DNA of 49,748 nucleotides, filler included, from Catajapyx aquilonaris (taxonomy: Eukaryota): NCBI GenBank assembly GCA_000934665.2. It is 2 parts of 2 records of this genome, joined end to end, with 100 filler letters (N's around TTAATTAATTAA, not from the genome) between each part and the next. Parts side by side here need not be neighbours in the genome. Positions count along the whole stretch, not along the records: positions 24,930 to 49,748 come from KZ539354.1; 1 more part is not named here. The stretch is one strand, 5' to 3'. The notes beneath the pieces were generated by a model, which was given only the letters and a program-made list of their open reading frames with translations, did no database searches and was not told the DNA's origin. Of this stretch, positions 37,062 to 47,317 are shown piece after piece. Positions within the stretch are counted from its first letter, which is position 1. Each line of letters begins with the position of its first letter. Both the position numbers and the translations under genes were made by a program.

Positions 37062-37512
37062 CTAATCATCTGAAGAAAGAAAGAAATTCTTCAGTGGGCG
37101 CAAGATGTACGCTGTCACAAGAGTGCTTGAGGCTCGTAGCATAAGTTTTTTACGTGTTGTCATTGAAAGATCAGACATATCTGCGAGCTGGCTGTTCATA
37201 CCATAGGCTGTGATCATGTCATTATACCATTGCATTGGTTTAACGGTTTTGGATTGTGGATCCAGACAGGCAACAGGATGTGCTGTTGATGGCCCAGGCA
37301 TAGAGAGCATCATGCAGCTAGCGGCTGCATTCATGGCTGCATTCATAGTCTTATTTCCTCCAACAAGGAACTCCTGGCGGGATAGTCGAGCAGTAAGTTT
37401 GTCTGTTGCGAGTGTCGCTTGAAGACCAGGGATGTTGCCCCAAAATGAACGCCCAAAGAAGGTGTTGGGTATGATTCCTGGTTGTAAAGTTACAGGCTCG
37501 CACCCCAGGAAC
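37062..37512 (-). CDS. Dnmt3: DNMT3-like protein, last coding exon (motifs VII-X, degenerate)
   Basis: Acceptor tttctaatgtatag|G (phase 2). Encodes (R)FLGCEPV...FFGRSFWGNIPG...WYNDMITAYGMNSQLADMSDLSMTTRKKLMLRASSTLVTAYILRPLKNFFLSSDD*, aligning to DNMT3A RFLESNPV...HRARYFWGNLPG...[50 protein letters not shown]. Confidence 0.9.
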
Positions 37513-37727
37513 CTATACATTAGAAATACAAAATAAATTTCATGCCTGTGCCAAATACTCTGTCCAATTCCATGCTCTCCTGGAACCCCTGCAATCAAAT
37601 TGTATTGACCTGTATCTCTAAACTGCACAGTAAAACATCATGTAACATTATCCATGACCAGTAATTAAATTGGCATTTAAATGCCGTCATTCTAAGTCAA
37701 AGATATGGCTTGTGAACCCTATGACAC

Positions 37728-37799
37728 GGCTCCCGCCAGGGATCGAACCTGGGTCAACACCTGAATCAAGTGTTTGCTCTGCCACTAAGCTACAAGAAC
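37728..37799 (-). mobile_element. tRNA-like SINE head or tRNA pseudogene in a Dnmt3-like intron
   Basis: A-box TAGCTTAGTGG and B-box GGTTCGATCCC at tRNA spacing; the anticodon arm is degenerate. Confidence 0.55.
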
Positions 37800-38238
37800 G
37801 CTTGCGGGACTAGCCACATCTTTGATTCATGTTACGGAAATTATCCAGTGACTTGTTAAGTAGCAAGTTTAGTGATACTGTCATCAATACAGTCTAAATC
37901 ATATTAAAGGAAAGTATTTTAAAATGCCTAAACAAACGACAAGTGACAATAAATATCTAGTTAAGAATTATTTTATGCAGAAGTGTATAGTGACAACACT
38001 TCAGACTACTTTAAAATGACTGGCACTGCCTAGTTCTCTTAATATTAGTCAACAACCATTTCACAATAACAGGTTAAGCCTTTTGTAACTCAGAAGCTTA
38101 TCATAAGGATCTAGGCATAGGTGACTGGGTTCATAAAGAAAAAGTCTGCAATAACGTAATAATAAATAGTAAGTTCAATTATATTATTAGTGTTGCAGCC
38201 AAGCTACGAGGGCTTGCCTGTGCAAATCCCTGAAAGTA

Positions 38239-39806
38239 CCGTCAAACGGGGGGAAATTGTGCCACTTTTGGAGGTTTTCCTTGCAAGCAAACCACAGTAA
38301 TTGATATATACTATATAGGAACGAATATTTTATACAACATTTCTGCACATCTCACCTTTCAGATCATACGTGAAAATAATATTTACATACTAATGAAGGG
38401 GAGATATAAAATAATTCTTTTCCGTGCCACAATTTCACCCCATCCTTTGGGTGAGATTGGGCCAGCCGGTTTAAATGCTTCAAATAAATAGGAAATGAGT
38501 CATGGCCACACTATCCATAAAAATTAGCATCTTTAATATGCAAAGAAAACATTTTTTGAAACATGGTGCAATTAGTTTAAAAAATGAATGCGATGAGAAG
38601 AGATTGTGCCACTGTTTTTCTCAGTTTTCCCCCATTATTTCCATAATTTTCATGTGCGACAGTGATGGGAAAGGTTGACGTGAAGATCAGTCGGAAGCTT
38701 CGGCAGAAATCATGGCTAGCATGCTGCGATGAAAAAAAAAGTAGATAATTGGATGTGAACAAAGCGATCAGATGAGGAGTACTGCAGCTGGCGCCATGGC
38801 AACAAAAGATAACATTGAACCTGATCAAATTGGAGCTTGAACTGGAGAATAAAATCGGATGGCCAATGTCCTCGAAAATCAAACTAGGTGGAGGAAGGGA
38901 AAAATTAATATAAATGCATTTTTTCATAGGGCATTTTTGCGATAGAGCAGACATGAATCGACAATTTTTTTCTCATTGAATACCGTATTTTATCACACCA
39001 ATCGGATGCTCAACATCTCTACTAAATAATGCCAACCTTAAAATTGCCCAGTGTTGCTGTTCTATGGCACCAGCTGCTCATACGTTCAACTGTGCCTTTT
39101 GGTGTCTGGGGACACACGCGGCTTGTGGTGCCTCTATAATCATTGCCATTCATATGATCACTTCTCCAGCGTGTCTGTTGGATGCAGTTCGATCAGGTTC
39201 GACGTGCTCTTTTGTTGCCGCGACTAGTGGCGCTGTTTGCAATACTCCTTTGGTCACTTCCAATTATCTACTCTTTTTTTCATCGCAGAATGTTGGACTT
39301 GATTTCCTGCAAAGCCTCTCCCCCCCCAATCTTCTTCAGGTAAACTCCTCTCACTACTGTCACACTAGAAAATCAGTGAAATAACGGGAAAAACAGTGGC
39401 ACAATCTCTCCCCTTCAAGTCCCCCTCTATCATTAATTGGGCCATAGCTCAACCACAAGTACAGATTTAAAAAATGTCAACTCGTATTTACTACCTTCAA
39501 TAATGTAGTTAGCGAAATATTAACTTACCTGGTAACAAGAAGCAACCAGCCACTGGCGGCAACCAACACTATACCACTAAGTGCAAAACTTGAAGAAAAT
39601 CAAAATTTCAACAATAATTTATTTTACAGGTCTTATAGCAAGAAATCGCGAATTCTCTTCGTGATTGTCAACATTGAACATTTATCAATGTAATGGAACA
39701 TGCCTAATTTCGTTAGTTTACGCCTGCTGCCAGCAGGCTGCTTTGTCCCAAAAAATGCGCTGGCACAATCTCTCCCCACCTGGCACAATGTCACCCCGTT
39801 TGATAG
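38239..39806. mobile_element. pogo-like non-autonomous DNA transposon (~1.57 kb)
   Basis: TA|CCGTCAAACGGGGGGAAATTGTGCCA ... TGGCACAATGTCACCCCGTTTGATAG|TA, with repeated ATTGTGCCA/TGGCACAAT motifs and an internal inverted pair (~38600-38870 vs ~39150-39410). Confidence 0.8.
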
Positions 39807-39973
39807 TATATGTAGAAGGTATGACAAAAAGGCGACAGAAAAAATTAAATATCACTTCAATAAAAAGTCAATCATGCATGCTCCCTCCTGAACACCCATG
39901 GCACACAGTAAAATAAAAAATTGTTAGATTCACATGAGGATTACCAATAAAGTCATATTGAAAGCTACCTTAG

Positions 39974-40842
39974 CCCTTTGTCTCCCGCGCTATTTTGAAC
40001 TCTTCGGGTGGGGGTTTAAAAAGGGTGCCCTAGGTGAAAATCACTGGATCTGGCACCATTCGCTTCGCTCTCGATTCATGCACAAGAGGGGGCTGAACAT
40101 TGAGAGACATACTAACCTACGCTGCATATTGAGATAGAGCAACAACCGCCTCATAAACTATGCACAAGACGGTGATGTCATCCTATTACATCATCTACGC
40201 AGTTTTTTAAAGGTGGCTTATACCCCTCTAAAAAATCCAAGAAAATTCTATATGGTCCCCCAGTCTCTCTGATTAATTATGAAAGCATTAGTGTCTCAGA
40301 AAAAGAAATTTCAAAGTCCGGTTTAAACAGAGGTAATGTGATACGCAAGATGCAAAAAAGGCGGCTCAGGTGCCAAGCTGGCAACGTCCAGTGCTCGGAG
40401 CAGTCTGCCCGGCCAATTAGGAGCGAGGACACTCTCGACAACCAAAATGGCGCTGGGGAGTTTGCCTACCCTTCACAGATCGTTCTGATTTTTTCCCTGG
40501 TGAAAAGTAAGTCACAGAATTTCAGGAATTTTTTAATAGTTTTCATTTGCACATGCACATACCGGGAAATATGCAGCAGGGAGCTGTGTATATTTAAATT
40601 CGTGCAGTAAGTGTTTGTTTCGGATTGTTTTAAATGAATGAAACCTTTGGCCTATGACGTCGTGCCATTAAAAATATCACGCGAGTGGCGTAAATACTGA
40701 TGAGCGTAGAAACTATGAACATTTCTTAAGGCTACCGGTATGGTGAAAGAAATTTCCGTCGGGTTTATACCAGTGAATTTTTAAACAATATTTTCTTTGG
40801 TTGTATTATAATACAGCCATATTGGCTGCGGAAGACAAAGGG
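39974..40842. mobile_element. piggyBac-like MITE with a TTAG target duplication
   Basis: TTAG|CCCTTTGTCTCCCGC ... GCGGAAGACAAAGGG|TTAG. Confidence 0.65.
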
Positions 40843-42166
40843 TTAGAATATCTACCATCACTGAATCATGATGATGAATGCTCAAAGACGTATGCAGGAT
40901 GTTTCTTACTAGTTGAATAGCTTGCAGCCAGTGTAATTGTGGGCTTAATGAATGTGGGAGTGAAGTAGGTCAAGGGATCAACCAGTAATGAGGTAGATGA
41001 CCAGGCACATTTGCCTACCCCTAGACAGATCTAACAACCTACATTGCAGCCAAAGGCATGAAGAACAGCCCATGAACATGCAGTAATTTCCTCAGTCGTC
41101 AGGGAGCAGAACACCAGTGTGATAATGGGCATTATGTATGAGGAACTATGACTGTGAGGCTGCCTCATGTAGTGACCATTACCACACTCATATCCTGCTC
41201 CCTGCATGTTCATGAGCTGTTCTGCCTGCCTTTGGCAGCAAATAGGGTTGAGGCCTGCGTCAAGGAGTAGGAAGTTGTGTCTGGTAATCTACCTTGTTAC
41301 TGGTTGATCCTTTGACACATCTCACACCTACATTTCAGACTTGCCTTGTGCCAAAAAGTAATCTTGCAGGGAACTTACATATTGTTTGAATCTTGAAAAA
41401 AAATGTTAATATGAGTGTCAGTCGGAAAGTAAGTTGAACTATGCTACAGTTTCGACGCCATGCGACGGGCCGGGTAAGACAAACATGGGCAGAGACGTTG
41501 ATCCTTCCTCTACTTTCTAGGACAGGTAGGTGCCTTCTTGCACCTTATGCGCAGGCGCAGCAGCCGTCGGACGAGAGTGAGCGGCAAGCTGAGCATGCCC
41601 ACCTGTATGTCACCAGAAGTCATGGCAGAGAGACAGTGTTGGTCACATGGACTAATAAGGCAGAAGTTGGGACACTTGAGGACAGTGTCGGTAATTGCCC
41701 TGGCTGGTAGTCCGAGTCTCTGGTTATCCGTCATGCTCGCGAGCTTATTCCGGAATTGCTGGCATCACATTGCCGCACCATTTGCCCAGACATGACAGCT
41801 CCAGACCATACACCTCCACTATCCAGTGATGAATGTCGTATATCATATCTCAAATGTCGACCACTGGGTGGGGCAAGTGCGACACTGTGCACCACGTGCA
41901 CATTGTAATTATTTTTTGGAGCACCCATATAGATGAATGTTATGCAATAGGCCAATTTGAAAGTCAATAAGGTAAGGTATATTGTCCAGTACTTTTCTTT
42001 GTCACTTGCTAATTACTGAGGAAGTAGCATGCCTTTAAAGTGCACCTAATCAAACTCCACACGCACTTGCCCCACTTTACCCTAGTGTATAAATACTAGG
42101 AGGCTTAAGAAGGATTGACTACACCAGGTGAGAGACTCGAGAGTGTATAGGTTTGCAAGTCACTAT

Positions 42167-42308
42167 AAGTCTAATGCCCAATTGCACCAACAAAATTACC
42201 CATCCGATAGCTCCTAATGGATTGTTAGAAGCCCTTTTAATGTGTCCGAACGATCTGTTAGGAGCTATCGCATCGGTAATTTCGTTGGTGCAATCAGGCA
42301 TTAGACTT
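42167..42308. mobile_element. Short hairpin MITE (Harbinger-like)
   Basis: AAGTCTAATGCCCAATTGCACCAACAAAATTACC ... GGTAATTTCGTTGGTGCAATCAGGCATTAGACTT. Confidence 0.75.
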
Positions 42309-43482
42309 GATCATGCATGTGACAGGAGTCATAGATGCATGGGAATAAGGAAATTGACTTACTGTTAGTGAAATGTAGGATAGGAAGTGATTTATGACTC
42401 GAATGTGAATGTGTCAAATTTCAACATTTCAACATTACCAGTTTGTTGGATTTGCATTTCATAAATGGCCCGTTGTTTTATCACTGAATACCTCTTGTTA
42501 GAAAAAAACAAACCATGTTGGTGTTCATTCCACATAGTAACATAAGAGGAAGAGAAAATATTATACTTAAAATGTGGGAATATATATAAATTCACAATTG
42601 AAATATCTTTAAGAAGTTGAAACCTTGCAACTCACAATAACATTAGGGACAAGAGGTGCATTCTGTGGTTACAGCAATAATACTGTGAAATCTTGAAAAC
42701 AGATAAAAGACATTGGGTAGAATTTTCGTCACACTGCTAGATAATCCTAACTTAGCGAGGTTAGCAGTATCTAGCAGTGGGACGAAAATTCGACACTTAG
42801 AATTTGGCATGGGCAAAAGTCTTTCCTCAGAGTGAGTTTTCTGAATTATCAATATGGACTTTTTGTTTCTGGAAACTATAAGCATTGTGCTTGACAATAC
42901 CAAACCGAACAAAAAGTATGGCTTTCAGTAATCGGATGACTACTCCATTTTACTACGACTATTACTGTGTACTTCAGCCAGGAATGGCTTCCCTTTGCTT
43001 CTGTTTAGCACATGTAGAGAGGTATCATATGTGTAGAAAATGCCCCACTTTCTCCACGTCTCCGGTCAATTGTCACTAACTTAACATACACTACCACAAA
43101 AAGTCATGGAGATCTCAGTGACAGTGTATTATTTCTGACAAGGCTGTTTATCATGCTATGTCCACTTACTCCAGCGCAATTCAGGACAAAGTCAGATTCA
43201 TGATTCAATTTCTCGAAAGAAAAAGTAACTAATGGAAATTCAGCTAAACCGAACTCATCTTGCCATCTTACTATAACAAACCTTGCAAATCCAATCCTAA
43301 CTGTAAAGAAGCCTTCTAAAGACATTTGACACATTCAACACTACAATGGGTAAAAAGTTCTTATGCACAATTGTAGTAAAATATTCAGTGCTAAATGCCT
43401 TTAAGTTATGTGAAAAAATTGTTATATTAACAAACTAAGTACCTTCATCACAGCCAACATACCACGGCATATTGCCTCTCAC

Positions 43483-43612
43483 CTCGTGATGTAGGCTTCT
43501 TCTTCGTGCTCCAAAGCCACACATTCAAAGAGCCAATGCAGGTGGTGACCTTCATTTCTGACTTGGACATATCGTAGTATGCGGTAAAACTCTTTGAAGT
43601 TGCACATTATCT
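43483..43612 (-). CDS. Dnmt3: DNMT3-like protein, internal exon (motif V-VI region)
   Basis: tttctttgtttttctcag| ... |gtgaga; 130 nt, phase 1 to phase 2. Encodes (E)IMCNFKEFYRILRYVQVRNEGHHLHWLFECVALEHEEEAYIT(R), compared with DNMT3A [47 protein letters not shown]. Not in the ORF track. Confidence 0.9.
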
Positions 43613-43701
43613 CTGAGAAAAACAAAGAAAACGTTTACTTCCATTGCCAAACGTTATAGGTCAGTGCAGTTTTAGGATGTATGTTTAGAGAAAACATTTT
43701 T

Positions 43702-43809
43702 GTATCAACAGTTCAAAAAGAATTGTCCTGTCGCGTCGAGGTTCCTTTCATCCTGACGCGTGGCTGCCCGCTCGACGCTCAGGGACAATTCTTTTTGAAC
43801 TGTTGATAC
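43702..43809. mobile_element. Hairpin MITE, copy 2 (internally deleted relative to 29734-29879)
   Basis: GTATCAACAGTTCAAAAAGAATTGTCC ... GGACAATTCTTTTTGAACTGTTGATAC. Confidence 0.85.
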
Positions 43810-43834
43810 CTAACATGTACATTTTTTTGTAATG

Positions 43835-45327
43835 CGAGGGGTGTTCAAAAACCGACCCAACTTTTTCTACACATACTCTATTGCGCAATTTGCAGGGGGA
43901 GGTGGAGTGGCACTGCTGTAACATATGAGCCCACAAATGTAAGGGTCCCAGGTTTGATCCCAAGCCCGGGCATTCCCCCCTTCATCTCGCGCAGAGTTGG
44001 GTCATCTCTGACTTCGTCTCAGGTGGGATTCCTCGAGACTAACCACCCGGGGGAGTTCACAAAACAACATTAGCAACGACAATGCATTGCAACTGGCACA
44101 TCCCCTCCCACTCATCCCCTTCGCTCGAGGTACCCGGGTGTTACGGAAAAGGACCAACGTGTACAAGCTTGTAATATCAAAGCAAATGAAGGCCTAGGGA
44201 GAAAAAACGATCAAGGTTCACTTCAGGTGAAACTGAGATAATCCAATTTTAAATTTCAAAGGCCCATAAGGCTCCATTGTAAATCCCACTTTCGGGGTCT
44301 TCCATAGTGACCTATGACCATTACTCAACAAACACGACCAAACCGTAATATTCTACACTAGTGAAAGTATCTTCTGAGATACGTAACTCATTTTTGACAA
44401 AAACTGGACCTNGTCTTCAAATAAAGGTACAGTGCCAGATGCCCAAGAAGGTGCACTAGTACCCAATTATTATTATCGCTCAATTTGCAACATTTAAGCA
44501 CTGTCCCATTCAAAGTAGTTCCCCCTACTGGTGATAGGCAGTTTTTTATTTTTTCTGCCATTGTTGAAATGCTTCCTGGAACGCACTTTCTGTGATGGCG
44601 CGCAGTGCTCTTGTTGCATTGTCCTGAATCGCCTCTATGGTTCAGAAATGACATCATTTCAAATTTGTTTTAAGTTTTGCATATAGCAAAAAGTCTGCTG
44701 GGGCTAAGTCCAGAGAATGGGGTAGTTTGGCACAACGGATGTCTGTTGTTTTGCCATATAACTAATGACGAGGAGCAATGTGTGAGCCGGCGGATTGCCA
44801 TGGCACAATATCCAAGTTTGGCTTTCCCACAATTTACGCCTTTCCTGGGCACAGCATCCCTCAAATGCACTAAGACATTCTGCTACAACACTGTTTGTCT
44901 GCCAATCCGACAACATGGTCCAAATTCATAATGGAAAATGCCTTTCCAATCCAAAAACACAACCATCACCACCTTGACCTTTGACTGACTGACCTCTGCC
45001 TCTTTTGGTCGAAGAGACCCTTCTCAAGTATGCTTGGTAAAGCAATTGAAATGTCTCTGAAAATTTTACCAATTTTTTAGCGAAATTTCACACAAACACG
45101 TTGTTTTTCAAGCTCTCTCATTTTCACATTCTCACTAATTTGACGAACAGCTTGTGTAAGTGCCACTTAAGTGGATGTATCTCGATGACCAATGGTCATA
45201 GCGGAACGTGTCAAATGGCAATTTGTTGTCAAGACATGTTGCTAGGGGCTGTCAGGAGCTGCAATACTCTCTTTGTGCCGGTTGACGCACTATTTAAAAA
45301 GTTCGGTCATTATTTGAACAACCCTCG
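43835..45327 (-). mobile_element. Decayed mariner element with a nested tRNA-SINE-like insertion (from ~43897)
   Basis: TIRs CGAGGGGTGTTCAAAAA..GACC.AACTTTT and AAAAAGTTCGGTCATTATTTGAACAACCCTCG|TA. The minus-strand relic at ~44500-44900 includes WILCHGNPPAH (cf. WLLHHDNAPAH), EAIQDNATRALRAITESAFQEAFQQW and NYFEWD (cf. DYFEGD). Confidence 0.85.
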
Positions 45328-45425
45328 TACACCAGGTAAAAAGCCATTTGTTACAAAATCCACAAGCCCATGCTTTATATCCATATGTGCACCAAACCGC
45401 TGTAAAATAACTACTAATTACTCAC

Positions 45426-45650
45426 CCTTTACGGTTTCAGGTGTCTCTGAGGTAGTGTAGGCTACATTCGCAATGAGGAGGTCAATTCCTCCTAGTTCAT
45501 CAAGTTCCTGTCTGCCAAGCTTCTCAACTGGGCCCAGATTCTGGAGCCTGTCTCCAAATTTCATACTAGCCACACGCAAAGCAATGTCATCGGATTCAGC
45601 AGCAAAATATCTGCGAACCTTCATGCCTAACTGGTCAAGTACATACAGTC
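45426..45650 (-). CDS. Dnmt3: DNMT3-like protein, internal exon (motifs II-IV; catalytic PC motif replaced)
   Basis: ttctttctag| ... |gtgagt; 225 nt, phase 1 to phase 1. Encodes (G)LYVLDQLGMKVRRYFAAESDDIALRVASMKFGDRLQNLGPVEKLGRQELDELGGIDLLIANVAYTTSETPETVK, compared with DNMT3A [76 protein letters not shown]. Confidence 0.92.
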
Positions 45651-46618
45651 CTAGAAAGAAAGAAAAACACGAAAATCAGATTGGGAAAGAGTACAAAAGT
45701 CAGATGGAAGGAGGCAGAAGTGGGAAAAGTGTGACAAAAGAGGGGACAAAATAGTGATTTGGAGCAGGGAAACATTTAGTGGTGCCCAAACCTAACTTTC
45801 CATAGCAGATGTGTGTACAACAATGTAGTAATTTTAACTGCATTAACCTGCTCCTACCTAACCTCCCAACCTAATGAATATATGGGAACATAGTTATTCT
45901 AAAAGAATGCAGTGATGTTAAACTACATAACCTGACCTACCCAACCTCTAAAATCTAATAGTTACATGACAATGTAGTTAAATTAATTTACACTACCCTA
46001 CGTCCTAAATTAACTTTTGGGAACAAAGACACACATGAAAGTTACAATTAATCCAATTTATTTACACACATAACACCATAACAATAATGAAAAAGAATGC
46101 TACCAGACTGCAACCAGCTGGAAATTATTGCCCTGGTCCTCAATTAATCAGTATTGGTATTGCTGCATTTGCATCCCACTTACAAGGGAATCTCATGAGG
46201 TGCCACTCGAAGTACATGTTACAATTGTGTTTTTCAGGTTCCTGGTCTGCTGGAAAGAAAATACCTTTCCGGAAAAATCATCAATTTGAACAGTTTTTGA
46301 GATCCAGGGGTCCAAAGTGTAAAAATCGAACACTTTATGAAGGCCTGAGGAAGTCCAAGTCACTATCTTAAAACTCCTTTTGCATCCTCAGTCCCTTTCA
46401 TAGACTGTTCAATTTTTAGCTTTGGACCCTCATATCTAAAAAAAAACTCTGCCGTTCAAGGGTTTTTCCAGGAAGGTGTTTTCTTGCTAGTAGATAAGAG
46501 ACCCAAAAAGCATAATTATTCCCATCACCATGACAGGACAGACCAGTGCTGAAAGCAAGTCTCACAATTGCCAGTTTAAAGGATAAAATTATCTGAGCAC
46601 GAAAATAAAACTTGTCTA

Positions 46619-47057
46619 CAGGGTGTCCGTGAACCGACCAGTCAGACCTGTACCCGTGGCTCAATTGAGACCAGAGGATCATGTTATGTAGAGGAGTCAT
46701 TATGTCTGGGCAACCTCATTAAGGAGATAATTATTGATCATTTGCAATTTAGCGATTTGCCCTAAGAGTGATTGTCAAAGAGCAGTGGCAAGTGCGTGTG
46801 GGTGAGTGTCAATGTGTGCTGGTGTGAGAATGTGACATGCTGGTATCCAAATGGAAAAGCTGCTATTATTTGACCGGTGATGCGATTTCGTGGCTGAAGG
46901 TTTCCATACTTCCCAGGATACTCTGTACTTGTAGTTTGAAGGCGATTATCTCAGTAATGAGGCTGCCCAGACATAATGACTCCTCTACATAACATGATCC
47001 TCTCGTGTCATTTAAGCCACGGGTACAGGTCTCACTGGTCGGTTCCCGAACACCCTG
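46619..47057. mobile_element. Tc1/mariner-type MITE with ~105-bp TIRs
   Basis: TA|CAGGGTGTCCGTGAACCGACCAGT...GAGGATCATGTTATGTAGAGGAGTCATTATGTCTGGGCA and its inverse, ending CACCCTG|TA. Confidence 0.85.
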
Positions 47058-47144
47058 TATAATTTGCTTCTACCAGGTTATGTGTAGCCTACTATACTCT
47101 GAGTGGAGCTAGCCTTGTTCAGACTATCCCTTCATATCATCAGC

Positions 47145-47179
<35 letters not shown>

Positions 47180-47317
47180 TCAAGGCAGCCTTCCCCTGAC
47201 CAAGACGTGGACTCTAGCCTCAGATTAAATACCAATAGGGGAAAAAAGTACATAAATGACACAGTGATTCACATATAAAATCCCACACCTGGCTGTAATC
47301 TTGAATCACACTATAGG

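Noticed and set aside
37513..37628. N-terminal extension of the 188-aa ORF 37062..37628
   Set aside because: DNMT3 homology starts at the splice acceptor at 37512; the upstream part is intron read-through.
40695..40720. Hammerhead-like CTGATGA...GAAAC
   Set aside because: No stem II and no stem I/III pairing; it lies inside a DNA-transposon-like repeat.
43443..43482. Alternative donor AAG|gtactt extending the middle Dnmt3-like exon
   Set aside because: The extension introduces an immediate in-frame TGA, whereas the donor at 43482 gives the correct phase-2 join.
43940..43975. Twister-like CCCAAGCCCGG
   Set aside because: Better explained as the B-box (GGTTTGATCCC) of a tRNA-derived SINE; the other twister elements are missing.
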